A stretch of DNA of 64,000 nucleotides from Patescibacteria group bacterium (GTDB lineage: Bacteria; Patescibacteriota; Patescibacteriia; GWA2-46-9): assembly GCA_041660005.1 (NCBI GenBank), contig JBAZXG010000001.1, forward strand, positions 71,689 through 135,688, read 5' to 3'. The position numbers and the translations under genes are program-made. Numbering within the stretch: position 1 is the first letter of the stretch; the number at the start of each line of letters is the position of its first letter. Below, one piece after another: positions 37,496 through 47,557 of this stretch. The notes beneath the pieces are model-generated. The model was not told where the DNA came from. It saw only the letters and a program-made list of their open reading frames with translations, and did no database searches.

Positions 37496-39292
37496 TTACC
37501 TTTTTTCTCTAAGCACGTTTCGGAGAATGCGTTTTCTGAGGCGAATACTGTGCGGCGTTACTTCAACGAGTTCGTCGTCGCCAATATATTCAAGTGCAAG
37601 TTCAATCGTCATCTCTCGTGGCGGAGCAAGGTCAGAGGTCGTAATGTCTTTGTTGGCACGGAAGTTCGTGAGGGCTTTTGCTTTGCAAACGTTCACCACC
37701 ATATCTTCAGCTTTCGCGTTTTGCCCCACCACTTGACCTTCATATACCTGAACCGCTGGACCAACGAAGAGTTCACCGCGTTCTTGCACTTTGAGTAACG
37801 CATACGAAGTGGTCTCTCCTGGTTCGTGGGCAATGAGCGACCCGTGCGGATTGGCGTCAATGTCTGCTGCTTTCGGAAAGTACCCGGCGAAGAGCGAGTT
37901 TAAAATGCCGAGGCCTTTGGTCTCGATAATAAATTCATTACGAAAACCGATGAGACCGCGCGTCGGAATGAAGAAATGCAAGTGCGCCTCGTTGTTGTCA
38001 ACGTGCATGTTTTTCATTTCTGCTTTACGCATTGCCATTTTTTTAATAACCATGCCGGAGTATGCGTCTGGTACGTCAATCCAGACGTCCTCGGTGGGCT
38101 CTAACACTTTGCCGTTTTCTTCTTTATAAATAACCTCAGGGCGCGATACCTGCAATTCATAATCTTCACGACGCATTTTTTCAATGAGAATTGCCAGGTG
38201 GAGCTCGCCGCGTCCGCTCACCACAAACTCATCTGCCGACTGCCCGGGGTCAACCTTAAGCGCAACATCGTTATCGAGTTCTTTCGTCAATCGTTCTCGC
38301 AAATTGCGTGAGGTGCAATACTGTCCATCCTCACCCGCAAAAGGAGAGGTGTTCACGCTAAACGTCATGCGCACTGTCGGTTTTTCAATGGCAATGGGTG
38401 GCAATGCTTCGGGAGCTTCGGCGCTCGCGATGGTGTCGCCAATGTTCACATCCGGTATACCAGCAACAAGCGCAATGTCGCCCGCATAAACATTCTCAAT
38501 AACCACACGGTTTAACCCGACGTGCGTCATGAGTGCTGCAACCTTACTTTTGACTTCAGTACCATCGCGTCGTAAATGCGAAATGACACTGCCGTTTGTG
38601 ATGGTGCCTCGCGTCACGCGGCCAAGGGCAGTTCTGCCGAGGTAACTGTCGTAAATAGTGGATACCACCATCATCTGAAGTGGTGCCGACGCGTCAACTT
38701 TCGGTTCTGGAATATGTTTTATGATTGTGTGGAAAAGCGGCGAAACATCTTTCATTTCATTTATATCCGCCTCTAACCCTGCAAGCCCAAGTTTTCCAGA
38801 AGCATAAATGATCGGAAAATTAAGCTGTTCGTCAGACGCTCCAAATTCCATAAACAGTTCGATCACCTGATCGAGCGCGTAATTAACGCGAGCGTTAGGT
38901 TTATCAATTTTATTAATAACCACGATAATTTTGTGCTTGGCTTGAAGTGCTTTTTTCAAAACAAACCGCGTCTGTGGCATTGGTCCTTCCTGCGCGTCGA
39001 CTAGCAAAAGAGAACCGTCTGCCATATTGAGCACGCGCTCTACTTCCCCGCCGAAGTCCGCGTGACCCGGAGTGTCGATAATGTTAATTTTTGTGCCTTC
39101 AAAAACAACAGCGGCATTCTTCGCAAAAATGGTAATGCCACGCTCTTTTTCAATTTCGTTACTGTCCATGATGAGCTCCTGGCTGGCAAATTTGCCAAGC
39201 TCAGTACCAGATTGTTTCAGCAAAGCATCGACCAGCGTGGATTTCCCGTGGTCGACGTGAGCGATAATTGCGATGTTGCGAATTCCTGCCAT
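37496..39292 (-). CDS. typA: Translational GTPase TypA/BipA
   Basis: [17 protein letters not shown]1 motif and an EF-G-like domain order, about 600 aa. Confidence 0.88.
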   Translation of the reverse strand: MAGIRNIAIIAHVDHGKSTLVDALLKQSGTELGKFASQELIMDSNEIEKERGITIFAKNAAVVFEGTKINIIDTPGHADFGGEVERVLNMADGSLLLVDAQEGPMPQTRFVLKKALQAKHKIIVVINKIDKPNARVNYALDQVIELFMEFGASDEQLNFPIIYASGKLGLAGLEADINEMKDVSPLFHTIIKHIPEPKVDASAPLQMMVVSTIYDSYLGRTALGRVTRGTITNGSVISHLRRDGTEVKSKVAALMTHVGLNRVVIENVYAGDIALVAGIPDVNIGDTIASAEAPEALPPIAIEKPTVRMTFSVNTSPFAGEDGQYCTSRNLRERLTKELDNDVALKVDPGQSADEFVVSGRGELHLAILIEKMRREDYELQVSRPEVIYKEENGKVLEPTEDVWIDVPDAYSGMVIKKMAMRKAEMKNMHVDNNEAHLHFFIPTRGLIGFRNEFIIETKGLGILNSLFAGYFPKAADIDANPHGSLIAHEPGETTSYALLKVQERGELFVGPAVQVYEGQVVGQNAKAEDMVVNVCKAKALTNFRANKDITTSDLAPPREMTIELALEYIGDDELVEVTPHSIRLRKRILRNVLREKR

Positions 39293-39478
39293 AAAAATAG
39301 TATTACTCCTTTGTTGCCTGCGTCACTCGGAAATAAAAAGACCGCGCTAGTTACTGCACGGCGCCTGAAGACTTTACTAGAAAACCCGAATAAATGCAAG
39401 CCCTGACGGTTAAAGTCTTTTCACTGCATCAAACATTCAAGGCCAATACTCACCCACAAAAGACCCCGCCACAGCCGT

Positions 39479-39500
39479 TTCCATGTACTAGTACATGGAA
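39479..39500. promoter_or_regulatory. 22-bp perfect palindrome TTCCATGTACTAGTACATGGAA (site 1 of 5)
   Basis: Read directly. Lies just downstream of the last paralog gene. Confidence 0.7.
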
Positions 39501-39539
39501 ATTTATCAAGCAGTTAGTTAACAAAACAATAAAACAACG

Positions 39540-39869
39540 CTAGTACGCATCAACCCCGAACGGTCTCCAATTGTCAAATATTTGTCCTTGAGAGAGAAAA
39601 GTAAGGATAAGAAAAAATACAACGAAACCACAAAAAATTATTACATACGTTCTTTTGGTTGACCGAAAGCAGAATGCTGAAATCAAAAAACCAAACAAAA
39701 GGTAAAAAGGATATAACCAAAGTGCCCATGAAGGCCCGCCAAATAACGACAAATTAAATCGAGTTAATCTAGATTCTTCGCTTAATGTTATCAAGAGATA
39801 ACTAATGACTAAACCTATAACAATAAGAACGAATTTTCGCATTGCTGATCTAAAGCTAATTGATCGCAT
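39540..39869 (-). CDS. Small 3-TM membrane protein, paralog 1 (B-type) of a five-gene tandem array
   Basis: 109 aa. Conserved WLYPFYLL core and C-terminal QGQIFDNWRPFGVDAY. About 90% identical to 40788..41108. Confidence 0.8.
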   Translation of the reverse strand: MRSISFRSAMRKFVLIVIGLVISYLLITLSEESRLTRFNLSLFGGPSWALWLYPFYLLFGFLISAFCFRSTKRTYVIIFCGFVVFFLILTFLSQGQIFDNWRPFGVDAY

Positions 39870-40033
39870 AACTAATTTCTCCTTTGCTAATTAATAATTG
39901 TATATATTGTGAGCCATTGTACTCAATTTTCTTTTGCGGCTCTTCATATTCTTTGCTAACCACGAGTGTAGTGTCTGTTTTACCATTGAAGCGACCAACG
40001 GTAAAGCACTGGCTCATACCTTTTATGCTTACG

Positions 40034-40055
40034 TTTCCACGTACTAGTACATGGA
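40034..40055. promoter_or_regulatory. Palindrome site 2 (TTCCACGTACTAGTACATGGAA, one mismatch)
   Basis: Lies inside a roughly 105-bp intergenic block that is almost identical to the one at 41230-41335. Confidence 0.7.
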
Positions 40056-40096
40056 AATATATAAATAATCTGTGAATAAGAGAAAATCAGGTAGTA

Positions 40097-40429
40097 CTAA
40101 TAGGCGTCGACCCCGAACGGTTTCCAGTTGAAAAATATTTGACCCTGCGTCAAATAAAAAAACAGTAAAAAAACAACGATGAATCCCAAAACAACTCCTA
40201 AATAGGTACGTCTTCCAAAACGAAAAATCACAGCCGAGAGCAAGAACCCCAAAAGTAAATAAAAGGGATATAGCCAGTTTGCCCAGAAAAAAGTTCCAGC
40301 GCCAATTGATGTAATTTTTTTGAATTCACTTATGCCTAAAAACAGATAGCTTAACAAAAAACCGACCAGCCAAAAAAGTAGTGCTCTTATAACTTTTAAT
40401 ATACTAATCTTTTTCATAAGTAAACTCAC
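40097..40429 (-). CDS. Small 3-TM membrane protein, paralog 2 (A-type)
   Basis: 110 aa, MSLLMKKIS... ...NWKPFGVDAY. About 85% nucleotide identity to 41336..41668. Confidence 0.8.
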   Translation of the reverse strand: MSLLMKKISILKVIRALLFWLVGFLLSYLFLGISEFKKITSIGAGTFFWANWLYPFYLLLGFLLSAVIFRFGRRTYLGVVLGFIVVFLLFFYLTQGQIFFNWKPFGVDAY

Positions 40430-40458
40430 CTTTGCTGACGACTAACGATCACGTAATA

Positions 40459-40767
40459 CTAATAGGCATCAACACCAAACGGTCTCCAATTATCGAATAG
40501 GTGACCCTGTAGTGCATAAAACCAAAAAATAAAAAGGATAACAAACCCGATAAAAATCACTACATAGACCCACCTATTGGCGCGGAATACTGAAGCTGAA
40601 ATAAAAAAGGAAACGAAAAAGTATAATGGGTAAAGCCATAATGCCCAGGAAGCGCCGCCAAGGGGAACAAAATTCATGTGAGTAACTCCCGTATTCTCAC
40701 TTAGGCTTAATAACAAATATAAAATAAGTAGACCAAGAACGAAAAATTCAAAAGTCTTCATTGCCAA
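40459..40767 (-). CDS. Small 3-TM membrane protein, paralog 3 (divergent C-type)
   Basis: 102 aa, ...ALWLYPLYFF... ...DNWRPFGVDAY. Confidence 0.8.
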   Translation of the reverse strand: MAMKTFEFFVLGLLILYLLLSLSENTGVTHMNFVPLGGASWALWLYPLYFFVSFFISASVFRANRWVYVVIFIGFVILFIFWFYALQGHLFDNWRPFGVDAY

Positions 40768-40787
40768 CTAATAACGATCAAACAACA

Positions 40788-41108
40788 TTAGTAAGCGTCA
40801 ACCCCAAACGGTTTCCAGTTATCAAATATTTGACCTTGGGAGAGAAAGATAAAAATAAGAAAAAATACAACGAAACCACAAAAAATTACTACATACGTTC
40901 TTTTGGTTGACCGAAAGCATAATGCTGAAAGCAAAAAACCTAACAATAAATAAAAAGGGTAGAGCCAATTTGCCCAGTAACGAGTGCCCAACCCAATCGA
41001 TGTGACTTTATAAAACTCACTAACACCAAGAATGATGTAAGAGATCAGTAAACCCAAAAATAGAATCCCCAAAGAGCGCAGTAGTGATTTAATACTAATT
41101 AAATGCAT
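40788..41108 (-). CDS. Small 3-TM membrane protein, paralog 4 (B-type)
   Basis: 106 aa, ...CFRSTKRTYVVIFCGFVVFFLI... ...DNWKPFGVDAY. Confidence 0.8.
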   Translation of the reverse strand: MHLISIKSLLRSLGILFLGLLISYIILGVSEFYKVTSIGLGTRYWANWLYPFYLLLGFLLSALCFRSTKRTYVVIFCGFVVFFLIFIFLSQGQIFDNWKPFGVDAY

Positions 41109-41273
41109 AACTAATTTCTTTTTTACTAATTAACAATCGTATGTACTGTGAACCGTCATACTCAATTTTCTTTTGCGGCTCTTTGTATTCTTTGCTAACC
41201 GCAAGCGTGGTATCTGTTTTTCATTTGAAGCGACCAACGGTAAAGCACTGGCTCATACCTTTTATGCTTACGT

Positions 41274-41295
41274 TTCCACGTACTAGTACATGGAA
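41274..41295. promoter_or_regulatory. Palindrome site 3 (TTCCACGTACTAGTACATGGAA)
   Basis: Duplicate of site 2 within the tandemly duplicated unit. Confidence 0.7.
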
Positions 41296-41335
41296 ATATA
41301 TAAATAATCAGTGAATAAGAGAAAATCAAGTAGTA

Positions 41336-41668
41336 CTAATAGGCGTCGACCCCGTATGGTCGCCAATTATGAAATATTTGACCTTGTGTCAAGTAGGTGA
41401 ACAATAAAAAAACGACGATGAATCCCAGAAAAACTCCTAAATAGGTACGTCGTCCAAAACGAAAAATTGTAGCAGATAACAAGAACCCCAACAGAAGATA
41501 AAAAGGATAGAGCCAGTTTGCGTAAAAAAGTGTCCCCCAACCAACTGATGTAATTTTCTTAGCTTCACTTATGCTTAAGAACAGATAGCTTAACAAGAAA
41601 CCGACCAGCAAAAAAAGTAGTGCTCTTAGAACTTTTAACATACTAATCTTTTTCATAAATAAACTCAC
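41336..41668 (-). CDS. Small 3-TM membrane protein, paralog 5 (A-type)
   Basis: 110 aa, MSLFMKKIS... ...HNWRPYGVDAY. Start overlaps the 3' end of the upstream giant gene by 26 nt. Confidence 0.8.
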   Translation of the reverse strand: MSLFMKKISMLKVLRALLFLLVGFLLSYLFLSISEAKKITSVGWGTLFYANWLYPFYLLLGFLLSATIFRFGRRTYLGVFLGFIVVFLLFTYLTQGQIFHNWRPYGVDAY

Positions 41669-44600
41669 CCTTACTAATTAATAAATGAATAGTATTTAAT
41701 CCGCCGTAAACTATTTTCTCTGTCTTTTCCTTATAGGGCTTAACCATGAAGATACTTTCGTTTGTTTTCCCAGTGTATGTACTCTTAACCGCTAGTTCCT
41801 CAGGGATAACGATTTTCTGCATAAACTTTTTAAGCGTACTGCTCTTATCATACGCTACGCTATAGGTGAAGACAATCGACCTTTTTAAAATCGAAGTGTC
41901 ACCATAACGGACACCGGTGAGTTCAGCCTTGCCAGCGCTTTTTTTGTTTTTAACTTCAAAAACCAATGTAACCGTATTACCTGCGTCGTCGCTTACCGTA
42001 TAGGCGTTATTCGTTTGTGTAACCTGAGCGGTTGATATCTGGTCACTCCCCACAACGACCGGGTTTTCATCGGTCCCGTCGAACCACACGCGAACATCTG
42101 GGAATGTTTGGTCAATAGAAAAATCAAGGTCCTGCTCTGGCTCCTGATTACCCACTAAGTCGATCGACCGATATGCAATATGATGTGGCCCTTCGGTCAT
42201 AACCACTAAGGGCTGCTCGTAGCGCTGCCATGTTGTCTCAGTATCAAGACGATACTCGGTTACTGCGACACCGGAATCAGCATCAGTCGCGTGAAGCACA
42301 AGAGTAGCCGGACTGCGAAACCAGTCAGGAACAACCGAATCTCCGGTTAGTGTTGCTGAAGTTAGCGGTGCAACGAAGTCATATGCTGGCGAACTTCCGG
42401 CAACTGCTGACGCGGCATAGATTTCAAACTCTCCGTTTCCGCTGAAATCATACGACATTGCAGTGTCAGCGCTCAAAGGCGTCACCACAAGTTCCGCGCG
42501 GCTACCAACTTGGACGGGTACCCGCTGGTACGAAACGTCTTTTGTTATGGTGCCGTCGTAGGTACTGACCGAAAGATCGAATGTGCCGGTGTCGGTACCG
42601 GTAAGCGACACAGTGAACGGTTCTTCTGGTAGAAAGGCAAATTTATTATGTCCAATGGTTTCATAATAAACGCCAGGGATCATATTCTCCACAAGCCCGT
42701 TAGTAGTTAAACCTGCATGATTACCGGCGCTGTCGTAGATATCCAGCGTAACCGGACTATGGACGGATATAAACTTACCGTTAAGTCTGCATCCGGCGCT
42801 CGTCAGGGTAATACCCGGCGGTATATCGGCAACACCCGGCTCGCCCGAAGTCAGTAGACTCGCAACGAGACTGCGGACCGAGGTCGTACTCGCCATTTTC
42901 CCGTGATCTGCATTGCGCACATAATAGCTTTGTTTGACAAGCGGAGCGACAAAATCACTACTCACCAAAGGAACGGTTTTATCTCCCGCGCCGATACGCA
43001 GGTAATATTCATCACTTGCTCGCTCAACGATTCCAGTGATGGTCGGTGAGTCACAGCCGGCAATGTTGTAAGCGTCGATATGAGAATCCTTAAACGAACC
43101 AACGGGTGCAAAAGGATAAGCATTTGCCGTTTGCGCTGCTTCTTGATTTAGCCCTTTGTCGCCCAGTTCGTTGTACATATCAATAAAGTTCAGAATCTTT
43201 GGCTGGCTATTTACAGTGAGGTCATAATAGTAACCTCCGTTCGTTTTAAAATACCTCTGACCGGGAAGTAAATTATAAAGGGAGTACATGTTTTCACCTA
43301 ACTGCTTTATTTTACTGGGATTGATAATCGCGGACATGTTAAAGTCATCACCCCACAGTAAATCTTTGAGTGCTTTTGGCGCCCCGAGGTGAGGAGTACC
43401 GATAAAAATGAGCTTGGCAATACTGTTATCATGCGGATGAGTATTCGTGTAATAATCTGCAACTACTCCGCCCATGCTATGAGCAACCACATCGACGACA
43501 TCACTGTGTGTTTGCTCTTTAATGGCAGAAATTTTTTTAACCAACTGAGCACTAGGAGTACCGATATTTTGCCGCCAATCATAGGGCATAATAAAAAGAT
43601 TTATATTTTCCGTATAGCCATTCGCTTTGAGTTCGTTAATGAGGCCACTAAAATAATCATAAGCAATGAACGGAACACCATTATTGATGGTACGAATAAC
43701 ATCACCCGGCTGAATTTCGGGATCAGTTGGCGTCCCGTCAGGGTGCATAGCCAGAACATCAAGAAAACTGTCCGTTAGATCAACGAGCAAAGAGGCAACG
43801 TCCAGCCAAATTTTATTGTTTCCCTTTTTAAGCTCACTCCCTGCAATGCCGGGCAGAAGAAGCACGGGGCGTTTATTGAATGACGGCGCTTCAGGTGGTC
43901 GAGAGAACCAGGTCATGGAGGTCGTAGTGCACGTGCTAACATCTTGTCCTTTACCTTCAGGATTACTTTGAGCGTATGGACCAGACACATCTCCCCACCA
44001 ATTGCCGTCCAGATTATATAAATCTACAGCATCACAAATTACTCCCGCTCTTTTGTTATTAAAATAGGCATAGTACAGACCATTGTCAAAAAAACTATTG
44101 CCACGGAGCTCAACAGAAACAGCTCCAAATTCTGTATTTGATAAGAGGGCGATTGCAGCAGCACCGTTTTGATGAAATGTATTATCAATAATATGCCCTT
44201 CTCCTCCTTCGATGATGACTCCCCAACCAGCCAATACATTACCTTGCTCGTCCTGATTCTGTGCAATTTCATTCCGCTCAAGCGTCGCAACAGATCCATA
44301 CAGAATAATTCCAGCCCCTGAGTAAATACCATCTACAATGTGCGAATCTTTGATCGATATGTTTGCCTGTACTGCGTAAATCTGTCCAGGCCTATCCTCT
44401 TCATAGCGTGATCCGCCACTATAACGCACTATAGTATGACTTATCTCCCCCGTACTGCCTGGTGCAAAAAACAAATCTGACCAATCGTAACCATGGGGTG
44501 TCGTTGCGTTACCATCATTATTGGTATCTCCGCCAACCGTATCGTCTTTGTATGATGTGAAAATAACTGGACTGTCGGTTGTTCCTGCTGCAATGAGCTT

Positions 44601-44876
44601 CCCTTCTACTTTAATCTGACCCCACGCCGACGCTTTAATAATTGTTCCTGGCTCAACCGTCAAAGTAACACCCGGGTTAATAACGAATTGATTAAAAATA
44701 GTATGCACACCATCTTGAGGGCTCCAAGTTGTATCGTGGTCAAGGTAAGTCGGATTCGGCCCCACTGCTAAAGTTGGTTGAGCTAACGAAAGTATCCCAA
44801 ACAAAAAAGCCGCAGCAACAAATGCTGCGCCATAACCGCTTCTCGCTGCTATTTTTATTTTACTTTTACCCTCCAT
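41643..44876 (-). CDS. Large secreted multidomain protein: signal peptide, right-handed beta-helix, LCAT-like alpha/beta-hydrolase (lipase/phospholipase-acyltransferase), C-terminal beta-sandwich domains
   Basis: Signal peptide MEGKSKIKIAARSGYGAAFVAAAFLFGILSLAQPTLAVG. Beta-helix repeats at about residues 60-330. Lipase motifs PVLLLPGIAGSEL, PYDWRQN, VVDVVAHSMGGVV (GxSxG) and FIGTPHLGAPKA. Possible GTG start at 44915; the ATG at 44876 begins the signal peptide. Confidence 0.8.
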   Translation of the reverse strand: MEGKSKIKIAARSGYGAAFVAAAFLFGILSLAQPTLAVGPNPTYLDHDTTWSPQDGVHTIFNQFVINPGVTLTVEPGTIIKASAWGQIKVEGKLIAAGTTDSPVIFTSYKDDTVGGDTNNDGNATTPHGYDWSDLFFAPGSTGEISHTIVRYSGGSRYEEDRPGQIYAVQANISIKDSHIVDGIYSGAGIILYGSVATLERNEIAQNQDEQGNVLAGWGVIIEGGEGHIIDNTFHQNGAAAIALLSNTEFGAVSVELRGNSFFDNGLYYAYFNNKRAGVICDAVDLYNLDGNWWGDVSGPYAQSNPEGKGQDVSTCTTTSMTWFSRPPEAPSFNKRPVLLLPGIAGSELKKGNNKIWLDVASLLVDLTDSFLDVLAMHPDGTPTDPEIQPGDVIRTINNGVPFIAYDYFSGLINELKANGYTENINLFIMPYDWRQNIGTPSAQLVKKISAIKEQTHSDVVDVVAHSMGGVVADYYTNTHPHDNSIAKLIFIGTPHLGAPKALKDLLWGDDFNMSAIINPSKIKQLGENMYSLYNLLPGQRYFKTNGGYYYDLTVNSQPKILNFIDMYNELGDKGLNQEAAQTANAYPFAPVGSFKDSHIDAYNIAGCDSPTITGIVERASDEYYLRIGAGDKTVPLVSSDFVAPLVKQSYYVRNADHGKMASTTSVRSLVASLLTSGEPGVADIPPGITLTSAGCRLNGKFISVHSPVTLDIYDSAGNHAGLTTNGLVENMIPGVYYETIGHNKFAFLPEEPFTVSLTGTDTGTFDLSVSTYDGTITKDVSYQRVPVQVGSRAELVVTPLSADTAMSYDFSGNGEFEIYAASAVAGSSPAYDFVAPLTSATLTGDSVVPDWFRSPATLVLHATDADSGVAVTEYRLDTETTWQRYEQPLVVMTEGPHHIAYRSIDLVGNQEPEQDLDFSIDQTFPDVRVWFDGTDENPVVVGSDQISTAQVTQTNNAYTVSDDAGNTVTLVFEVKNKKSAGKAELTGVRYGDTSILKRSIVFTYSVAYDKSSTLKKFMQKIVIPEELAVKSTYTGKTNESIFMVKPYKEKTEKIVYGGLNTIHLLISKGEFIYEKD

Positions 44877-44979
44877 TATTATTAAATTAGTCCAATCTAA
44901 AAAATTCTGCAACACGACTTATGCACAAGCCCAGAAGTGTCAGCAGCTTCCGTGTATTCATCCCGAGGCATGTCGAGGG

Positions 44980-44993
44980 ACTAGTACATGGAA
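44980..44993. promoter_or_regulatory. Palindrome site 4 (half-site ACTAGTACATGGAA) in the promoter region of the giant gene
   Basis: The right half is intact; the left half is replaced by GTCGAGGG. Confidence 0.5.
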
Positions 44994-45277
44994 ATATATG
45001 ACTCTAAAATTCATCAATCGTTGGTTACCTTAACTTTGTTAACTAAAAAACAACAAAAAAACACCTTTGTGCCAAAATCATGACCTCAAACGTGACAACG
45101 ACCATGATTGCTTTTTTGGACTTTTTGAGGCAAGATAGCCCCGTTGTTCTTTAATAATAAATTCGGACGGACACTTAAATTGCCAATTTAATCGGCACTT
45201 TGGGCGTCCGTCTTGAATAAAGATAGCGACGAAGGAGCGGGACAAGAATCATGGCTACGAACACAGGAGGCAATTCC

Positions 45278-46213
45278 ATGACAGAGCAGAGTCAGAAGAC
45301 AGAAATCGACACCCAGATGGGTGAAAGATTCCCGGTACTCGGAGGCGACGTCCTGGCCTTCTTGGTACTGATGGCCACTCGAGGGCGGGTGCTGGTTGGG
45401 TCGTTCGGTGACCACCAGTACATCCGCGTCGAATGTACCGAAGGGCACGAAAAAGACGCGAAATGCGTTCTCGACGGCCTCAAAAAGCCGTGGGCGCCAG
45501 TCAATGGCCAACCACCATTTTCTTTCGAGGCCCTAGTGGCGAAGTATGAGGCACAGCGAACGGTTCGCGGCGCCTACGCTGCTCTCAGGGTCGATCGGGA
45601 TCGGGACGCCCACTGGAACATCCATGCACCGGCCTGGACGCTGCCAGAAAAAACTGAAGAGGTAGCAATACCCGTCATCAGCTTCGTGCTGCCGGTTCCG
45701 GCGGTAACCGACCCGGACTTCAGTAGACTTTCGCGCCGAGCCAACAAAGTTCAGGAAGACCTCAACAAGAAAGAACGAGAGCTTATGCAGTTGGCGCTCG
45801 AGGTCGCTCGCGGACGGCTGCTGAGCCAAGCGATGGAGGCACGGATCACCGCAATGACTAAGGCGAGCGCTCAAGTTCGCGAGGGTGCTCACACTCTGCG
45901 GCAGCTGCATGCCAACGTTCCCATCGATGGTGGTGGGCGGGTAACCGTGATTGCCAGCTTGTCAGACGACAAACTGGCAGATATTGAGCAGCGGCTCGGG
46001 ATCGTCAACCCGTCGGCTTCGTCCTGGCGCTGGTGGAGCAACAAGGACCGAGCACAGGCTATCTGCGCTCGTGAAGATGGGGAGCTTACCGAAGCGCTTC
46101 GCTACTGTCTGTCGGGCGAGCAGGCTCGTCAGCTGGCGCGCATGCTGGGGTACCAGATCTCCGCCGAGATACCAACGGAGAGGTGGTGCCAACTGGTTGC
46201 CGAGTTCCGGTAA
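45278..46213 (+). CDS. Hypothetical protein (high-GC island 3)
   Basis: AGGAGG RBS before ATG at 45278. About 62% GC. Terminator hairpin at 46264-46295. Confidence 0.5.
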   Translation: MTEQSQKTEIDTQMGERFPVLGGDVLAFLVLMATRGRVLVGSFGDHQYIRVECTEGHEKDAKCVLDGLKKPWAPVNGQPPFSFEALVAKYEAQRTVRGAYAALRVDRDRDAHWNIHAPAWTLPEKTEEVAIPVISFVLPVPAVTDPDFSRLSRRANKVQEDLNKKERELMQLALEVARGRLLSQAMEARITAMTKASAQVREGAHTLRQLHANVPIDGGGRVTVIASLSDDKLADIEQRLGIVNPSASSWRWWSNKDRAQAICAREDGELTEALRYCLSGEQARQLARMLGYQISAEIPTERWCQLVAEFR

Positions 46214-46263
46214 CCACCGAGAAGAAGCGAACAATCCGCAACCGGACCTGGCCAGTAAGCCAG

Positions 46264-46295
46264 GTGATGGGGCGCCACAAAAAAGGCGCCCCATC
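46264..46295 (+). terminator. Rho-independent terminator
   Basis: GATGGGGCGCCACAAAAAAGGCGCCCCATC followed by a T-rich run. Confidence 0.7.
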
Positions 46296-46493
46296 TCTAT
46301 TTCTAATAAGAATGAATGGATTTTAAAATATAAAGAAGAGTGTTTGTTTCTTGAATAGTAGAAAGTCGTTCTACGTTGCTAACTCATAATAACTTTTTAA
46401 AATAAAAAGTTTCATAAAATCTATAAAGCATCAACCCAGACATCCGAAGATGCCTGGGTTGCTCGTGTCGGCCGGACACGCACGGTTGCGGAC

Positions 46494-46901
46494 TCAGATG
46501 CCGGTCTTGTGATACGGCTCCAAACGATCGGAGCCGTCGAGTCGCAGCTTATAACCGCAACTCGTCATCACAGACCACCGCTTGCGAAGCAGCCTCTCCA
46601 AGAGCTGTCGGTACACCGGTTTGGTGTGCCACAGCATCATAGAGAAATACTGTTTCACGAGCTGAGCGATCTGAGTGGGCGTGATCCAGAGTTGGACGTC
46701 GATGTCCTGAGCGAACCCATCCTCTCCTGGAACAAACGCTTTTGCAGCGATGTTCAGGCAGAAACGGGTGCTCGGGGTCTCACGATCCACTCCTCCCTCG
46801 CCGCCACCAAGCAGAAGCTCGGCGCCCTGGACGGTCTCCAACTGGACGTATGGCTTGCCGGTCGCCCCGCAAACCCGCGCCTCCAGAGTGGTCCATTCCA
46901 T
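46494..46901 (-). CDS. Hypothetical protein (high-GC island 3)
   Basis: AAGGAGG RBS on the minus strand. Hairpin terminator downstream at about 46441-46468. Confidence 0.5.
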   Translation of the reverse strand: MEWTTLEARVCGATGKPYVQLETVQGAELLLGGGEGGVDRETPSTRFCLNIAAKAFVPGEDGFAQDIDVQLWITPTQIAQLVKQYFSMMLWHTKPVYRQLLERLLRKRWSVMTSCGYKLRLDGSDRLEPYHKTGI

Positions 46902-47056
46902 ATGGTCCTCCTTTTATTTCCCTATTCTGTAGTCCTCTCCCGAAGGAGTCGGTGTCATCAGAGAAACGTGCAAATATACACCAAGAGAACAGTTTTGTCA
47001 ACGGTAATGTATTAATAACTGCCCCTCGGTAGATTGATTTTATACCCGACCAACAA

Positions 47057-47272
47057 CCCATAGGATCGACGTAGGTAGTGACGAGCGGAGAGAACTGAAA
47101 TAATGGTCGTGCTGTTTGAGGAGTGCTAACGACGAGTTTACGACCATCGGTTCTCGGAGTGCAGTCATGCCACAGCCGAATCCTTAGGGTGTCATTTCCG
47201 CCGAAGGCGGATCGTTCTCCGAAGGACTTTCCGTCTACTTTCTTGGACAAGTCCCGACGTAAAGTCGGGACC
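47057..47272 (+). repeat. Structured noncoding element family, copy 3 (5'-truncated)
   Basis: Core CCCATAGGATCG...GGAGAGAAC...AATGGTCGTGCTGTTTGAGGAGTGCTAACGACGAGTTTACGACCATCGGTTCTCGGAGTGCAGTCATGCC... matches copies 1 and 2. The terminal hairpin is replaced by GTCCCGACGTAAAGTCGGGAC. The conserved tail (ACTTGCAGTTTTGCCTTTTG...TTTTGAATTAT...TTGACA) extends to about 47530. Confidence 0.7.
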
Positions 47273-47557
47273 CCGATTCAATAGATTTTATTAAGAATGG
47301 CGTCGGGACAAAAAGGTAACAATCAGTCTCGAGGTCCCGTCTGACAGGATCGAGGACGTTAAATTTGTTGAGCGAAAAAGAGAAACGTATCTGCTATAGT
47401 TTTTCCACCGTAAGTGGATCCGCAATTGGCGGAAGTTTTTGACTTGCAGTTTTGCCTTTTGATTTTTGAATTATTAGCTGTCCCTTTTGACATCCCCCAT
47501 TGAATCCTTTAACCTGCGGTCAAGGACAAAGACAAATGGGGATAAGGAGAGTGCAAC

